Positions 25,646-34,345 of a DNA stretch of 36,827 nt are shown piece after piece. The notes beneath the pieces are model-generated. The model searched no databases. It had not been told where the DNA came from and saw only the letters and a program-made list of their open reading frames with translations. How positions within the stretch are numbered: position 1 is the stretch's first letter; every line of letters starts with the position of its first letter. The DNA is from a bacterium (GTDB taxonomy: Bacteria > UBP18 > UBA7526), in NCBI GenBank assembly GCA_030615855.1, contig JAUWYL010000012.1:1-36827 (forward strand), in the 5' to 3' direction. A program made the translations under genes and the position numbers.

Positions 25646-26137
25646 TTAAAAGTGCCTGGTCAAGCCAAACCTCAGGCCATAATCCCCAGTAAATCCCAGG
25701 GTCATTTCACTATCGAAAATGGCCAATCTATTTCTATGCTTCAAGCTTAATTTGGTACCCTGCTCCAAGTTTAGGGGAGAAAGACTGGTCGTCAAGTGTA
25801 GAGAACGGTCAATGGGAAAATTGAGAGTGAAGCCATCCCGACTAAGATATTCATTGAGACCGAAGAAATTGTCTTTTTCAATAGCGTTTCTCTTTTCCAT
25901 ATTAGAAAACAAGTCAAGTCTTTTCTCTTTTTTAATAGAGGAGAACAATTCGCGGCTCACAGAAGAGGTTCTATTGACCCTTGAGACAATTCTTTCCTGA
26001 CCCTTACCAAGCTTAACTATCTTCACTTCTTTTTGAAGCGGAATAACGGTCTCGTTGATATTTGAAATTATATGAGGATAGAGTAAAAGTGCAGTCAGAA
26101 TAGGAATCAAAACAAATAAAATTTTTCTGATATCCAT
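25646..26137 (-). CDS. Hypothetical exported/membrane-anchored protein
   Basis: GGGAG RBS, hydrophobic N-terminus, C-terminal beta-strand-like segments ending in F; no family recognised. Confidence 0.6.
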   Translation of the reverse strand: MDIRKILFVLIPILTALLLYPHIISNINETVIPLQKEVKIVKLGKGQERIVSRVNRTSSVSRELFSSIKKEKRLDLFSNMEKRNAIEKDNFFGLNEYLSRDGFTLNFPIDRSLHLTTSLSPLNLEQGTKLSLKHRNRLAIFDSEMTLGFTGDYGLRFGLTRHF

Positions 26138-26149
26138 GCTTATTTCTCC

Positions 26150-26776
26150 CTAAAAGATAAAAGTAACTCCTCCTACTGCCTCATCGATATCTGTATAATG
26201 GACATGGTCGATGTGTCGCCACTTCATACCTAAATCCAAATGCTTATGTGCTCTCCAGAAGAAGCCTCCTTCAACCTCATTCCTCGTTCCCCGGTGGCTG
26301 TCAAGATCATAGATGTAGGTCTCTTCTGCCCGGAAACGGATGGGCCTTCTGGCAATCTTTAGAGGTGTGGGAATAGAGAAGATGATTCCATTCAGTAGTT
26401 CGAAATTGATCTTATCCTCTCCCGTATAGATATAGTCGTGGTGCTTATTAATTGTAGCATACTGAAAAGCAGAATGAAAGTTTAGGTATTTTACTATTTC
26501 GAGCTCTGCTTCCAAGCCAGTCTCTGTCTTACTCAACTCATCCGTCTCAAAATTATAGGTTATCTCAGTATAAGGAGCGATCCTTAAGTTGCGATTTATC
26601 CTCTCCAACTTAAAATTCCAGTTCAGGGAAAGCCTGTTGGCATACTGGACTTCATCCTCATGGGCAGAGGATACTCCATGAATATATTCACTGCGACTTC
26701 TCAACTCAAACGATTTGCAGAAAGCGAGGGATGGAAATAAGAACAATGTAATGAAAACGCAAAGGAATTTTTTCAA
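26150..26776 (-). CDS. Probable outer-membrane beta-barrel protein (DUF2490-like)
   Basis: Signal peptide from TTG 26776, alternating amphipathic strands, RNE motif, C-terminal F; track start overlaps tRNA-Asp. Confidence 0.6.
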   Translation of the reverse strand: MKKFLCVFITLFLFPSLAFCKSFELRSRSEYIHGVSSAHEDEVQYANRLSLNWNFKLERINRNLRIAPYTEITYNFETDELSKTETGLEAELEIVKYLNFHSAFQYATINKHHDYIYTGEDKINFELLNGIIFSIPTPLKIARRPIRFRAEETYIYDLDSHRGTRNEVEGGFFWRAHKHLDLGMKWRHIDHVHYTDIDEAVGGVTFIF

Positions 26777-26785
26777 TTTTAGCTC

Positions 26786-26864
26786 TGGCGGGGGCGAAGG
26801 GATTTGAACCCTCGCTCTTGGCCTTGACAGGGCCACGTGTTAAACCAGGCTACACCACGCCCCC
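26786..26864 (-). tRNA. tRNA-Asp(GTC)
   Basis: GGGGGCG...TGGCC-CTGTCAA-GGCCA...TTCAAAT...CGCCCCC-G-CCA. Confidence 0.93.
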
Positions 26865-26876
26865 TTATAAATATTA

Positions 26877-26905
26877 ATTATAACAGAAAAAGTCTCTTTT
26901 GTCAA
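26877..26905 (-). promoter_or_regulatory. Consensus sigma70 promoter for tRNA-Asp
   Basis: TTGACA-17 nt-TATAAT with TGn extension. Confidence 0.85.
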
Positions 26906-26930
26906 AGTTTTAGAAGAAGCCTCTAAAAAA

Positions 26931-27002
26931 ATCGCAGATTCAGACAGATAAATTATCAAAAAAGACTTCCGTCTGCATCCGTGATAATTTGTTTGCATCC
27001 GT
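26931..27002. repeat. Degenerate CAGAT / ATCCG inverted element
   Basis: cgcagattcagacagat ... tccgtctgcatccgtg...gcatccgt. Confidence 0.5.
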
Positions 27003-27015
27003 TTTTCAATGTTCT

Positions 27016-29916
27016 CTAAAAAACTACCGCCATTCCCAGCCAGGGCCGAACATCCTCGTAGTCATCGAAGCCATGGGCTAAGGCAAGTTCCAGGTTCAGA
27101 GGAATATGATAGAAGATGAAGGATTTCAGGCGAATCCCAGCTCCGGCATCAGTATCGAAGTCACCGATGGATAGTTTCCCTTGGAACCAGGCAGTACCAC
27201 TATCCACAAAGAGCATGCCATATAGCCTGTCAAGATAGAAGAAGGAGAGCTTCTTTCCCATATCCTGTAGGATGGGAAAGCGATACTCTGCGCTCCAGAA
27301 GCCCATCTTATCTCCGCGAAAAGAGTTATATTCATAGCCTCTCAGGTTCTCCATCCCTCCTAAGAGGAAGGCGCCCTGGCTCAGGTTATGTCCCTTACAG
27401 AAGCCCCCCATGGCTCTCAGGGCCAGGGTATGACGCTTATAGAGGGGAATATATTCTCGCCAATCCAGGGTATATTCGTTGAAGTTGAAATCGCTCCCAT
27501 AGGATTCATCTGCTAAAGCATAAGAAAGGATGACCCGTCTCCCTTGCGGGTTGATATCCATGTCCAGAGTAGGTTTTATCCGATAATGCATGAGGCTCGC
27601 TCCCCAGGTAGCGATATGGCCATCATCTGGAAGATTGGGAGGATTAATGTCCCTGTCGGTATCTATGTCATCAACGAAGTAAGCCTCATAATCTAATAAT
27701 AGATACCCTATCGGTACCAAGGGAAAGCCAGCACCTACTATTCCTCCCCGCCTCCTCTCCCAGTAATCATCGGTCAGATTATCCTGATTGGGACCCTCAA
27801 TATAGTTGGTGTAACCAAGAGAGTAATCATAAGCACCAACTAGGATATTGGGAAAGAACTGACGATTGAGATAGTAGGCATAGCCCGATACCCCCCCATA
27901 CCCCCCATAGCCAATAGCGCTTTGGAAGATATGTTTCCCCATGACATCTTGGGCGTAGCCCATGACGCTCAAGCCCAGGGGCATCCATAGAATGGGCCTT
28001 ATTCTCGGTCGATACTTTCTTACCGGGTATTCCTCCCTCTCCTCTGCTTCAGGATTATTACTTGAAAATGAATCGGGGAATCGGTGTATTTCTGTATCGG
28101 TGTAACGGCGCGTCGGTGTATCGGTGTAATTCTCTTCTACTCCCTTACTCCGATACTCCGTTACTCCCTTACTTCCTTCTTCCTTCTCTAAGACCTTAAT
28201 GTCATAGCCATCTGCGCTATAAGCGGAGAAGACGACCCCCTCTCTCCCAGAAGAGTAGGAAGGCTCAAAGGCTCCCCCAATGACATTGGTCAGTTGTTTT
28301 ACCCTCTTTGTTTCTAAATCGAGTTCATAGATGTTGAAGATTCCCGTCCTATCTGAGGAGAAGATGATTCTCTTGCCATCCTTTGACCAGGAGGGATCCC
28401 GATCATCCGCTTTATCATTGGTAAGGGAGACTATTTCTGATCCATCGACATTCATTAGATATAGATCCCTCTGGCCGTCCTTGAATCTGGAGAAGACGAT
28501 CTTCTTTCCCTCTGGTGAGAACTTGGGAGTGAAGTACTGAGTGTAGTCCTCGGTCTTTGTAAGATAGATAACCTCTTCTGTTTCCAAACTAAAGAGGCAA
28601 ATATTCGTCTTCCCTCCTTCATTCTTGATAAAGACAATAGTTTTTCCATCTGGTGAGAGATGGGGCTCCTTGGCCCTCATCCCCCGGGTGAGGCGCCTCT
28701 TCTTATTTACCTGCGTCCAGTCAATGAGATAGAGATCACTATAATAGGAACCCCGCCAGTTATACCAATTCTTAGAGTAGACTAACTTCTCTCCATCATA
28801 GGAGAAGGAGGGATCGGGATTGACTTTCCCCGCCAAGCACCTATGTTTCTCACTATCCAGGTCCCAGAGATAGAGCCTTAATCTCTCATAGTCCTGACCC
28901 TTATTGGAGACAAAGGCTATCTCATTTTTAGTTGGCGAGAAGGTAGGATGCCTATCACACCATCCCCGGGAGACCAGGTCCTTGACATTCTCATCAGGGG
29001 TGATATGCTTAGTCTCTTCCCTATACTTCTTCTCCAGATCCTCCTTCCACTCCTTATAGAGCCACCTGGGAGTATCCTTCACTCGGTAATACATATTTCT
29101 CTTTAGGGACAGATAATTATGGCCTTTTCCCTCTAAGATGGAGGCGATACCTTCTTCCCCGTGCTTCTTCTTCATATATTTGGTGAGAGAATAGCCCTGA
29201 TTGTAGACCATCTCATTCCCTAAGCCGTTCTTCCCATAGACCCCCATCCGATTATAGGTGAGTAGCTTATCCTCTAATGTTGCACTCCTTAGGATCATAT
29301 CTCGATGGCTATCCCAGAATTCCCCTCCGCCTTCTTCGCTGGTATCCTGGGCCAATCCCTCAATGAACCAAGAGGGGACGAATTCACTGGGCCCGGGGAA
29401 TCCCGGACCGAATACCTTAACCAGCCTTCTGGGAAGACCGCTCATGATATCTAGATGGACGATGTGAGTAAACTCGTGAGGGATGACCGTCTCCAGCCAC
29501 TTATGGGTTCCCCTCAAGGAAATATCCATATGGGTGAGCCAGATGACAATCCTCTGATTTGCGGAATCGGCAAATCCATTGGCATAATCATCAGTATCTA
29601 AGATAATGATGTGGGTCTTGGCCTCTGGCTCATGGCCCAGTCTCTTGGTAATCGGTCCATAGCATCTCTCCGCAATCTGGGCTACATCCTTAGCAACGTC
29701 TGTATGTTTTCTCTTATCAAAGTAGACCAGAAAATGAGGGGTCTCCATGACATACCACTTTATCTCTGGATGGTTGAAGGGAGACCAGGGAACCTGCCCC
29801 AGGATAATTTCCTCTGGGGTCTTAGGAATTAAATTAGGGGATAGAAGATTCTGAGCAAGTATATTCTGGGAAAAGAAGAGGACTATTAAGACTAAAGTAA
29901 AAAATATTTTTTTCAT
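27016..29916 (-). CDS. Exported gluzincin-like peptidase domain + PD40/TolB-like beta-propeller + BamA/TamA-like C-terminal barrel
   Basis: Signal peptide, HEFTH..WFIEGLA, repeated P.FSP.G..I.F blades, LGG..NLRGY...F.G, SAEYRFP, FVDSG, C-terminal F; ATG 29916 preferred. Confidence 0.8.
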   Translation of the reverse strand: MKKIFFTLVLIVLFFSQNILAQNLLSPNLIPKTPEEIILGQVPWSPFNHPEIKWYVMETPHFLVYFDKRKHTDVAKDVAQIAERCYGPITKRLGHEPEAKTHIIILDTDDYANGFADSANQRIVIWLTHMDISLRGTHKWLETVIPHEFTHIVHLDIMSGLPRRLVKVFGPGFPGPSEFVPSWFIEGLAQDTSEEGGGEFWDSHRDMILRSATLEDKLLTYNRMGVYGKNGLGNEMVYNQGYSLTKYMKKKHGEEGIASILEGKGHNYLSLKRNMYYRVKDTPRWLYKEWKEDLEKKYREETKHITPDENVKDLVSRGWCDRHPTFSPTKNEIAFVSNKGQDYERLRLYLWDLDSEKHRCLAGKVNPDPSFSYDGEKLVYSKNWYNWRGSYYSDLYLIDWTQVNKKRRLTRGMRAKEPHLSPDGKTIVFIKNEGGKTNICLFSLETEEVIYLTKTEDYTQYFTPKFSPEGKKIVFSRFKDGQRDLYLMNVDGSEIVSLTNDKADDRDPSWSKDGKRIIFSSDRTGIFNIYELDLETKRVKQLTNVIGGAFEPSYSSGREGVVFSAYSADGYDIKVLEKEEGSKGVTEYRSKGVEENYTDTPTRRYTDTEIHRFPDSFSSNNPEAEEREEYPVRKYRPRIRPILWMPLGLSVMGYAQDVMGKHIFQSAIGYGGYGGVSGYAYYLNRQFFPNILVGAYDYSLGYTNYIEGPNQDNLTDDYWERRRGGIVGAGFPLVPIGYLLLDYEAYFVDDIDTDRDINPPNLPDDGHIATWGASLMHYRIKPTLDMDINPQGRRVILSYALADESYGSDFNFNEYTLDWREYIPLYKRHTLALRAMGGFCKGHNLSQGAFLLGGMENLRGYEYNSFRGDKMGFWSAEYRFPILQDMGKKLSFFYLDRLYGMLFVDSGTAWFQGKLSIGDFDTDAGAGIRLKSFIFYHIPLNLELALAHGFDDYEDVRPWLGMAVVF
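28070..28174. repeat. In-frame inverted pair of 8-mer arrays (ATCGGTGT / TACTCCNW)
   Basis: Encodes SKGVTEYRSKGVEENYTDTPTRRYTDTEIHRFPDS between propeller and barrel. Confidence 0.85.
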
Positions 29917-30019
29917 CCCGCACCTTTTTGTATTCATTTTCTACCTTTGCTTAAAAGTGAGGGATTTGAAGGGAGAAATATAACAAAATACGGGCTGAAT
30001 ATGGTAAAAGGTGCGGGAT
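29915..30019. mobile_element. MITE-like element with perfect 14-bp TIR ATCCCGCACCTTTT
   Basis: 29915-29928 and 30006-30019 are exact reverse complements. Confidence 0.6.
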
Positions 30020-30025
30020 TCACGC

Positions 30026-31246
30026 TCAAAATCTTCTCAAGATTAAAGAGGCATTGCTTCCTCCATCAGCAAATCCATTTATCAGGACCGCCCCTATCTT
30101 TTTCGCCCTTACCTCATTGGGAACATAGTCTAGGTCGCAGGAAGGATCCTTTTCTCCATAATTTATAGTGGGAGGAATGAAACCATTCTCTATTGCCAGA
30201 CAGGTGCTTATTGCCTTCAGGCCGCCAGAGGCATTGAAGTAGCCGATGAATGAAGAAAGGGAACTGACCGGAATACCTTTACCAAATACTTTCTTAATTG
30301 CCTCTGTCTCAGACCTATCTAGAATAGGGGTGGAATTCGCTGCAGCAGAGATATAACTAATCTTCTCCTTAGAAATTGAAGCATCCTCTAATGCCAACTC
30401 CATGGCCCTCGCCATTTCTTCGGGATCGCTATCATAATCACTTATTCCAGGATTGGAGGAACTCATCCCATAACCTATAACTTCAGCATATATCTTGGCT
30501 CCCCTTTTTTGGGCGTGTTCCAGGGTCTCCAAGACTAAAATCCCTCCCCCCTCCCCTAAAACCATGCCATTTCTTCTCTTATCAAATGGCCGTGAACCCT
30601 CAGGATAATCTTTATTCTTTAAGGGAGATAGTATCCCTAAATGGGAATAGGTATGGAAGAGTATCCAGGAGAGCTCATCTACCCCACCAGTCAGGATGAC
30701 CTTTGCCTTACCATGCCTCAAGAGACTGTAGGCATAACCTATGGCTCCTTCACCCGTTGTTCCCTTCTGAGTAATGGTGGAGTTGGGGCCGGTAATTCCC
30801 AGTTCTATCGAGATGTGGCCAGCAGGAGCATTGGGAACGGTATTGGGAAAGAGCATGGGATTTACTCCACTTGGGCCATGCTCAATGAGTCCTCTATGAA
30901 AAGCCTCTGTGGTCTCCAGGCCGGTAAATCCGCTTCCCAATATGACTCCACACTCAGGTGAATTTTCGGGAGTAATTTCTAAGTTAGCATCCTTCAGGGC
31001 TAAGACAGCAGCGGCAACCGCAATCTGAGAGTCCCGATCCATCCTTCTGATCTTCATAGGATTGATATAATCCTTAGGGTTGAAGTCAGTGACCTCTCCT
31101 CCCAGACGAGACTTATATTTTGAGGTATCGAACCGAATAATCTCTTTTATTCCCGATTTTCCCTCTTTAAGGTTCTTTAGAAAGGTCTCCTTTCCAATCC
31201 CAATGGGTGAGATTACCCCTAATCCAGTAACGACTACTCTATTCAT
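30026..31246 (-). CDS. Beta-ketoacyl synthase homologue lacking the catalytic triad (chain-length-factor-like)
   Basis: KS fold motifs (RVVVTGLG, SRPFD, GEGGG) but TAC>QKG, AHGT>AAAN, KSMVGH>SSFIGY relative to the neighbouring KS. Confidence 0.85.
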   Translation of the reverse strand: MNRVVVTGLGVISPIGIGKETFLKNLKEGKSGIKEIIRFDTSKYKSRLGGEVTDFNPKDYINPMKIRRMDRDSQIAVAAAVLALKDANLEITPENSPECGVILGSGFTGLETTEAFHRGLIEHGPSGVNPMLFPNTVPNAPAGHISIELGITGPNSTITQKGTTGEGAIGYAYSLLRHGKAKVILTGGVDELSWILFHTYSHLGILSPLKNKDYPEGSRPFDKRRNGMVLGEGGGILVLETLEHAQKRGAKIYAEVIGYGMSSSNPGISDYDSDPEEMARAMELALEDASISKEKISYISAAANSTPILDRSETEAIKKVFGKGIPVSSLSSFIGYFNASGGLKAISTCLAIENGFIPPTINYGEKDPSCDLDYVPNEVRAKKIGAVLINGFADGGSNASLILRRF

Positions 31247-32463
31247 TCCTTATATTTCCCGAAGGCAAGAACCGTATTATTTCCACCAAAGGCAAAGGAG
31301 TTTGAGAGGGCAATATTTATTTCTTGCTTCCTTGCTTTGCCCGGAACATAGTTTAAGTCACATTGAGGGTCTTCAGTTTCATAATTTGCCGTGGGTGGTA
31401 CCATGCTATTTCTGATCGCTAAAGCAGTTGCTACCGCCTCTATTCCTCCCGCAGCTCCCAGACAGTGACCCACCATGGACTTGGTAGAACTCACCGGTAT
31501 CTTATATGCCCTTTCTCCAAAGACCTCCTTTATGGCTAAGGTCTCTGTCTCATCGTTGAAGGGGGTGGCGGTGCCATGGGCATTGATATAATCGACATCC
31601 TCTGGTTCTATTTTGGCATCCCTTAAGGCCTCTCTTATCGCCTGAATAGCTCCTCTTGCCTTTGGATGGGGAGCGGTCATATGATAGGCATCCCCACTTA
31701 GGCCATAGTTTAAAAACTCACAGTAGATTTTAGCGTCTCTATTTTTGGCATGCTCTAATTCCTCCAGGATAAGGATGCCCGCTGATTCCCCTAAAGAAAG
31801 GCCGGTTCTATTCTTATCAAATGGTCGGCACCTATCCTTATCCACCACCCTCATGGAGTTAAATCCAGAGTAGGTTAACTGACACAGGGCATCGCTTCCT
31901 CCAGTAATCATAACAAGTGCTTTTCCATCCTTAATTAGATCAGCAGCATACCCAATGGATGTTGCAGAAGAAGAACAGGCAGTTACAATTGTGGAACGAG
32001 GCCCTTTCAAAGAAAACTCTTTAGCAATATAATCCGTAGTAACGCAGGGGGGATGGGAGATAAGCAAGGAAGGCTTAGCTTTCTTTAAGTCTTTAGTGAG
32101 AAGGGCTCTATGGTATTCCTCAGCCTCAAACATCCCTCCTGCCCCGGCTCCCAAAAGGACACCGATTCTTTCTCTATTCTCTATCTCCAAATCGAGCCCT
32201 GAATCCCTTATCGCCTCTTGGGCCGCGATCACTCCCATTCTATCCGTCCGGGACATCCTTTTCAACTTCTTGGAAGGAATGTATTTCTCTGGATGGAAAT
32301 CCTTCACCTGAGCCCCGGTCTGGGTCCTATGCTCTTTAGTATCAAAGAGGTCTATTTTGCCAATCCCACACTTCCCCTGAATGAGATTATTCCAGTACTC
32401 CTCCTTATTCTTACCAATGGCACATACTGCCCCCAGACCAGTTATTACTACTCGTTTCGCCAT
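31243..32463 (-). CDS. fabF: Beta-ketoacyl-ACP synthase II family (active KS)
   Basis: TACSSS, NAHGTAT, STKSMVGH triad intact; NSFAFGGNN. Confidence 0.9.
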   Translation of the reverse strand: MAKRVVITGLGAVCAIGKNKEEYWNNLIQGKCGIGKIDLFDTKEHRTQTGAQVKDFHPEKYIPSKKLKRMSRTDRMGVIAAQEAIRDSGLDLEIENRERIGVLLGAGAGGMFEAEEYHRALLTKDLKKAKPSLLISHPPCVTTDYIAKEFSLKGPRSTIVTACSSSATSIGYAADLIKDGKALVMITGGSDALCQLTYSGFNSMRVVDKDRCRPFDKNRTGLSLGESAGILILEELEHAKNRDAKIYCEFLNYGLSGDAYHMTAPHPKARGAIQAIREALRDAKIEPEDVDYINAHGTATPFNDETETLAIKEVFGERAYKIPVSSTKSMVGHCLGAAGGIEAVATALAIRNSMVPPTANYETEDPQCDLNYVPGKARKQEINIALSNSFAFGGNNTVLAFGKYKE

Positions 32464-32464
32464 C

Positions 32465-32911
32465 TCACTTCCCTTTTGTGAAGACCAGTTCTCCTTGAGC
32501 GCAGATCTCTTTATCTACCCTTGCTTCTCCTCTGACCTTGAAGAGATTGGCTAATCTCTGGACAACCTCTACATTAATCTCCAATCGGTCTCCAGGCCTG
32601 ACCGGTCTCTTGAACTTGATCTCTTTTATTCCTGCTAAATATCCCATTCTCTCTTCTGGCTTTACTTCCTTTCTAATCGTCTTGCTTCCCACCACAATGG
32701 CTGCCACCTGAGCCATAGCCTCTATAATGAGAACCCCGGGCATGATGGGCTCTTCCGGAAAATGGCCTGAGAAAAACTCCTCATTGATGGTAACATTCTT
32801 TATTCCCGTTCCCTTCTTGCCCGGCTCAAGGTTAATGACCTTGTCCACTAATAGAAAAGGATAGCGATGAACGAGAATTTTTTGGATCTCGCCAATATCT
32901 AAAATTTTCAT
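32465..32911 (-). CDS. fabZ: 3-hydroxyacyl-ACP dehydratase
   Basis: HRYPFLLVD, FSGHFP..PIMPGVLIIEAMAQ. Confidence 0.95.
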   Translation of the reverse strand: MKILDIGEIQKILVHRYPFLLVDKVINLEPGKKGTGIKNVTINEEFFSGHFPEEPIMPGVLIIEAMAQVAAIVVGSKTIRKEVKPEERMGYLAGIKEIKFKRPVRPGDRLEINVEVVQRLANLFKVRGEARVDKEICAQGELVFTKGK

Positions 32912-33171
32912 TCACTTTCTCCTTTTTTCTTTTTAACGTATTCTGCTAAAGTATTAACTGAGGTAAAAATCTCTTTTCCCACCTCTTCGTCCTTTACTTT
33001 GATCCCGAACTCCTGCTCCAGACCAACCACCAGTTCCAAAGCATCTATAGAATCGAGCCCCAGGCCGGTTCCAAATAAGGGAGCGGCGCTATCGATCTCC
33101 TCGGGTTTTATCTCTAACTTCAATCTCTTAACAATGAGTTCCTTAATCTTGTCTTCTAATTCTTCAGCCAA
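32908..33171 (-). CDS. Acyl carrier protein (aryl-polyene/ladderane-cluster type)
   Basis: LFGTGLGLDSIDALELV; TTG start after GGAGGGAG. Confidence 0.92.
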   Translation of the reverse strand: MAEELEDKIKELIVKRLKLEIKPEEIDSAAPLFGTGLGLDSIDALELVVGLEQEFGIKVKDEEVGKEIFTSVNTLAEYVKKKKGESE

Positions 33172-33185
33172 TTTCTCCCTCCTTC

Positions 33186-33357
33186 ATCCACAGATACTCA
33201 CAGATTATCTACAGATTGGCACCTACCTACGCCAAGGCTTTTCGGCAGGCAGGCAGATCACAGATAGCATCTGCGGTCATCTGCGTCTTGATCTGCGGAC
33301 ATTGCTTGATATTCATGCTCTCTCGGATGCCAGCGAAGCGCATCCGGCATCTGCGTC
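33186..33357. repeat. Inverted CACAGAT / ATCTGCG arrays with two palindromes (33222-33253, 33324-33346)
   Basis: Removing 33222-33253 restores ...attggcacagatcacagat. Confidence 0.85.
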
Positions 33358-34103
33358 TACATGGCGAGGCCACCATCTATTCTTATTACCTGACCGGTGA
33401 TATAGTCTGCCTCCTCACTAACCAAAAAGATTACTACCTTTGCTACTTCCTCTGGAGTGCCCACTCTCTTTAATGGCGTTATCTTCAAAATCCGGTCCAG
33501 CATCTCTTTAGGCATCTTCTTAACCATCTCGGTATCAATGAGTCCTGGAGCAAGGGCATTAACCCTTATGCCAAAAGGAGCCAGTTCTCTGGCTAAAGAT
33601 TTGGTGAAACTGATCATCCCTCCTTTAGCAGCGGAGTAGTTCGTTTGACCCGCAGTGCCAGAAATGGCAGAGACAGATGAGATATTGACAATGTTTCCGC
33701 TCCTCTGACCAATCATAACTCTCGAAACCGCCTTAGAGCAGTTGAATGTTCCTTTGAGATTGACATCTATTACCTTATCCCACTCTTCCTCATTCATAAT
33801 CATCAAATATTTATCAATGTTAAGCCCCGCATTATTAATCAGGATATCAATCCTTCCAAATCGCTTGTTAATTTCCTCCACCATCCTATTCACTTCTTCC
33901 AATTTAGAGACATCTGCCTTATGACTAATCGCTTCCCCGCCCTTTTCCTTTATTCTTTTTACCACTTCTTCTGCGGCATCCTGGCTATGGAGATAATTGA
34001 CACAGACCTTTGCCCCTTCCCTTGCCAGAGCAAGAGAGATTGCTCTTCCAATCCCCCTTCCTCCACCAGTCACCAGGGCAACCTTTTCCTTAAGAAGTCC
34101 CAT
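33357..34103 (-). CDS. fabG: 3-oxoacyl-ACP reductase
   Basis: TGGGRGIG, NNAG, GQTNYSAAK. Confidence 0.93.
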   Translation of the reverse strand: MGLLKEKVALVTGGGRGIGRAISLALAREGAKVCVNYLHSQDAAEEVVKRIKEKGGEAISHKADVSKLEEVNRMVEEINKRFGRIDILINNAGLNIDKYLMIMNEEEWDKVIDVNLKGTFNCSKAVSRVMIGQRSGNIVNISSVSAISGTAGQTNYSAAKGGMISFTKSLARELAPFGIRVNALAPGLIDTEMVKKMPKEMLDRILKITPLKRVGTPEEVAKVVIFLVSEEADYITGQVIRIDGGLAM

Positions 34104-34158
34104 ATCTCATTACCACAAAATAAAATTTAGACCAAGCACTTCGCCTGTCTAACTTAAA

Positions 34159-34188
34159 ATTATAACACAGGTCTGAGACAAAAATCAA
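34159..34188 (-). promoter_or_regulatory. Probable promoter for fabG-acp-fabZ-KS-KS operon
   Basis: TTGATT-18 nt-TATAAT with TGn extension. Confidence 0.55.
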
Positions 34189-34293
34189 TTATTTATTAGA
34201 CCAAACAATATTTAGCCATCTTCCAATCTTCGAAGATGCGAAGATACTACTGATTGGTATTATGAGGGCGCCCATTCGCTTGCCCCCTCTACT

Positions 34294-34345
34294 AAGAAAG
34301 CCCGAATAACAAGGTTCTCCCCGATTTATCGGGGAGGCTTTCTTA
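34294..34345 (-). terminator. Terminator-like stem after fabD containing palindrome CTCCCCGATTTATCGGGGAG
   Basis: aagaaagcc...ggctttctt with inner hairpin 34317-34336. Confidence 0.5.

Noticed and set aside
32999-33473. Plus-strand ORFs 32999-33400 and 33216-33473
   Set aside because: Translations of the CACAGAT/palindrome element, antisense to acp and fabG
30026-34103. Specific call of ladderane or aryl-polyene biosynthesis
   Set aside because: No linked radical SAM enzymes, aryl-CoA ligase or glycosyltransferases in the window, so the product cannot be assigned
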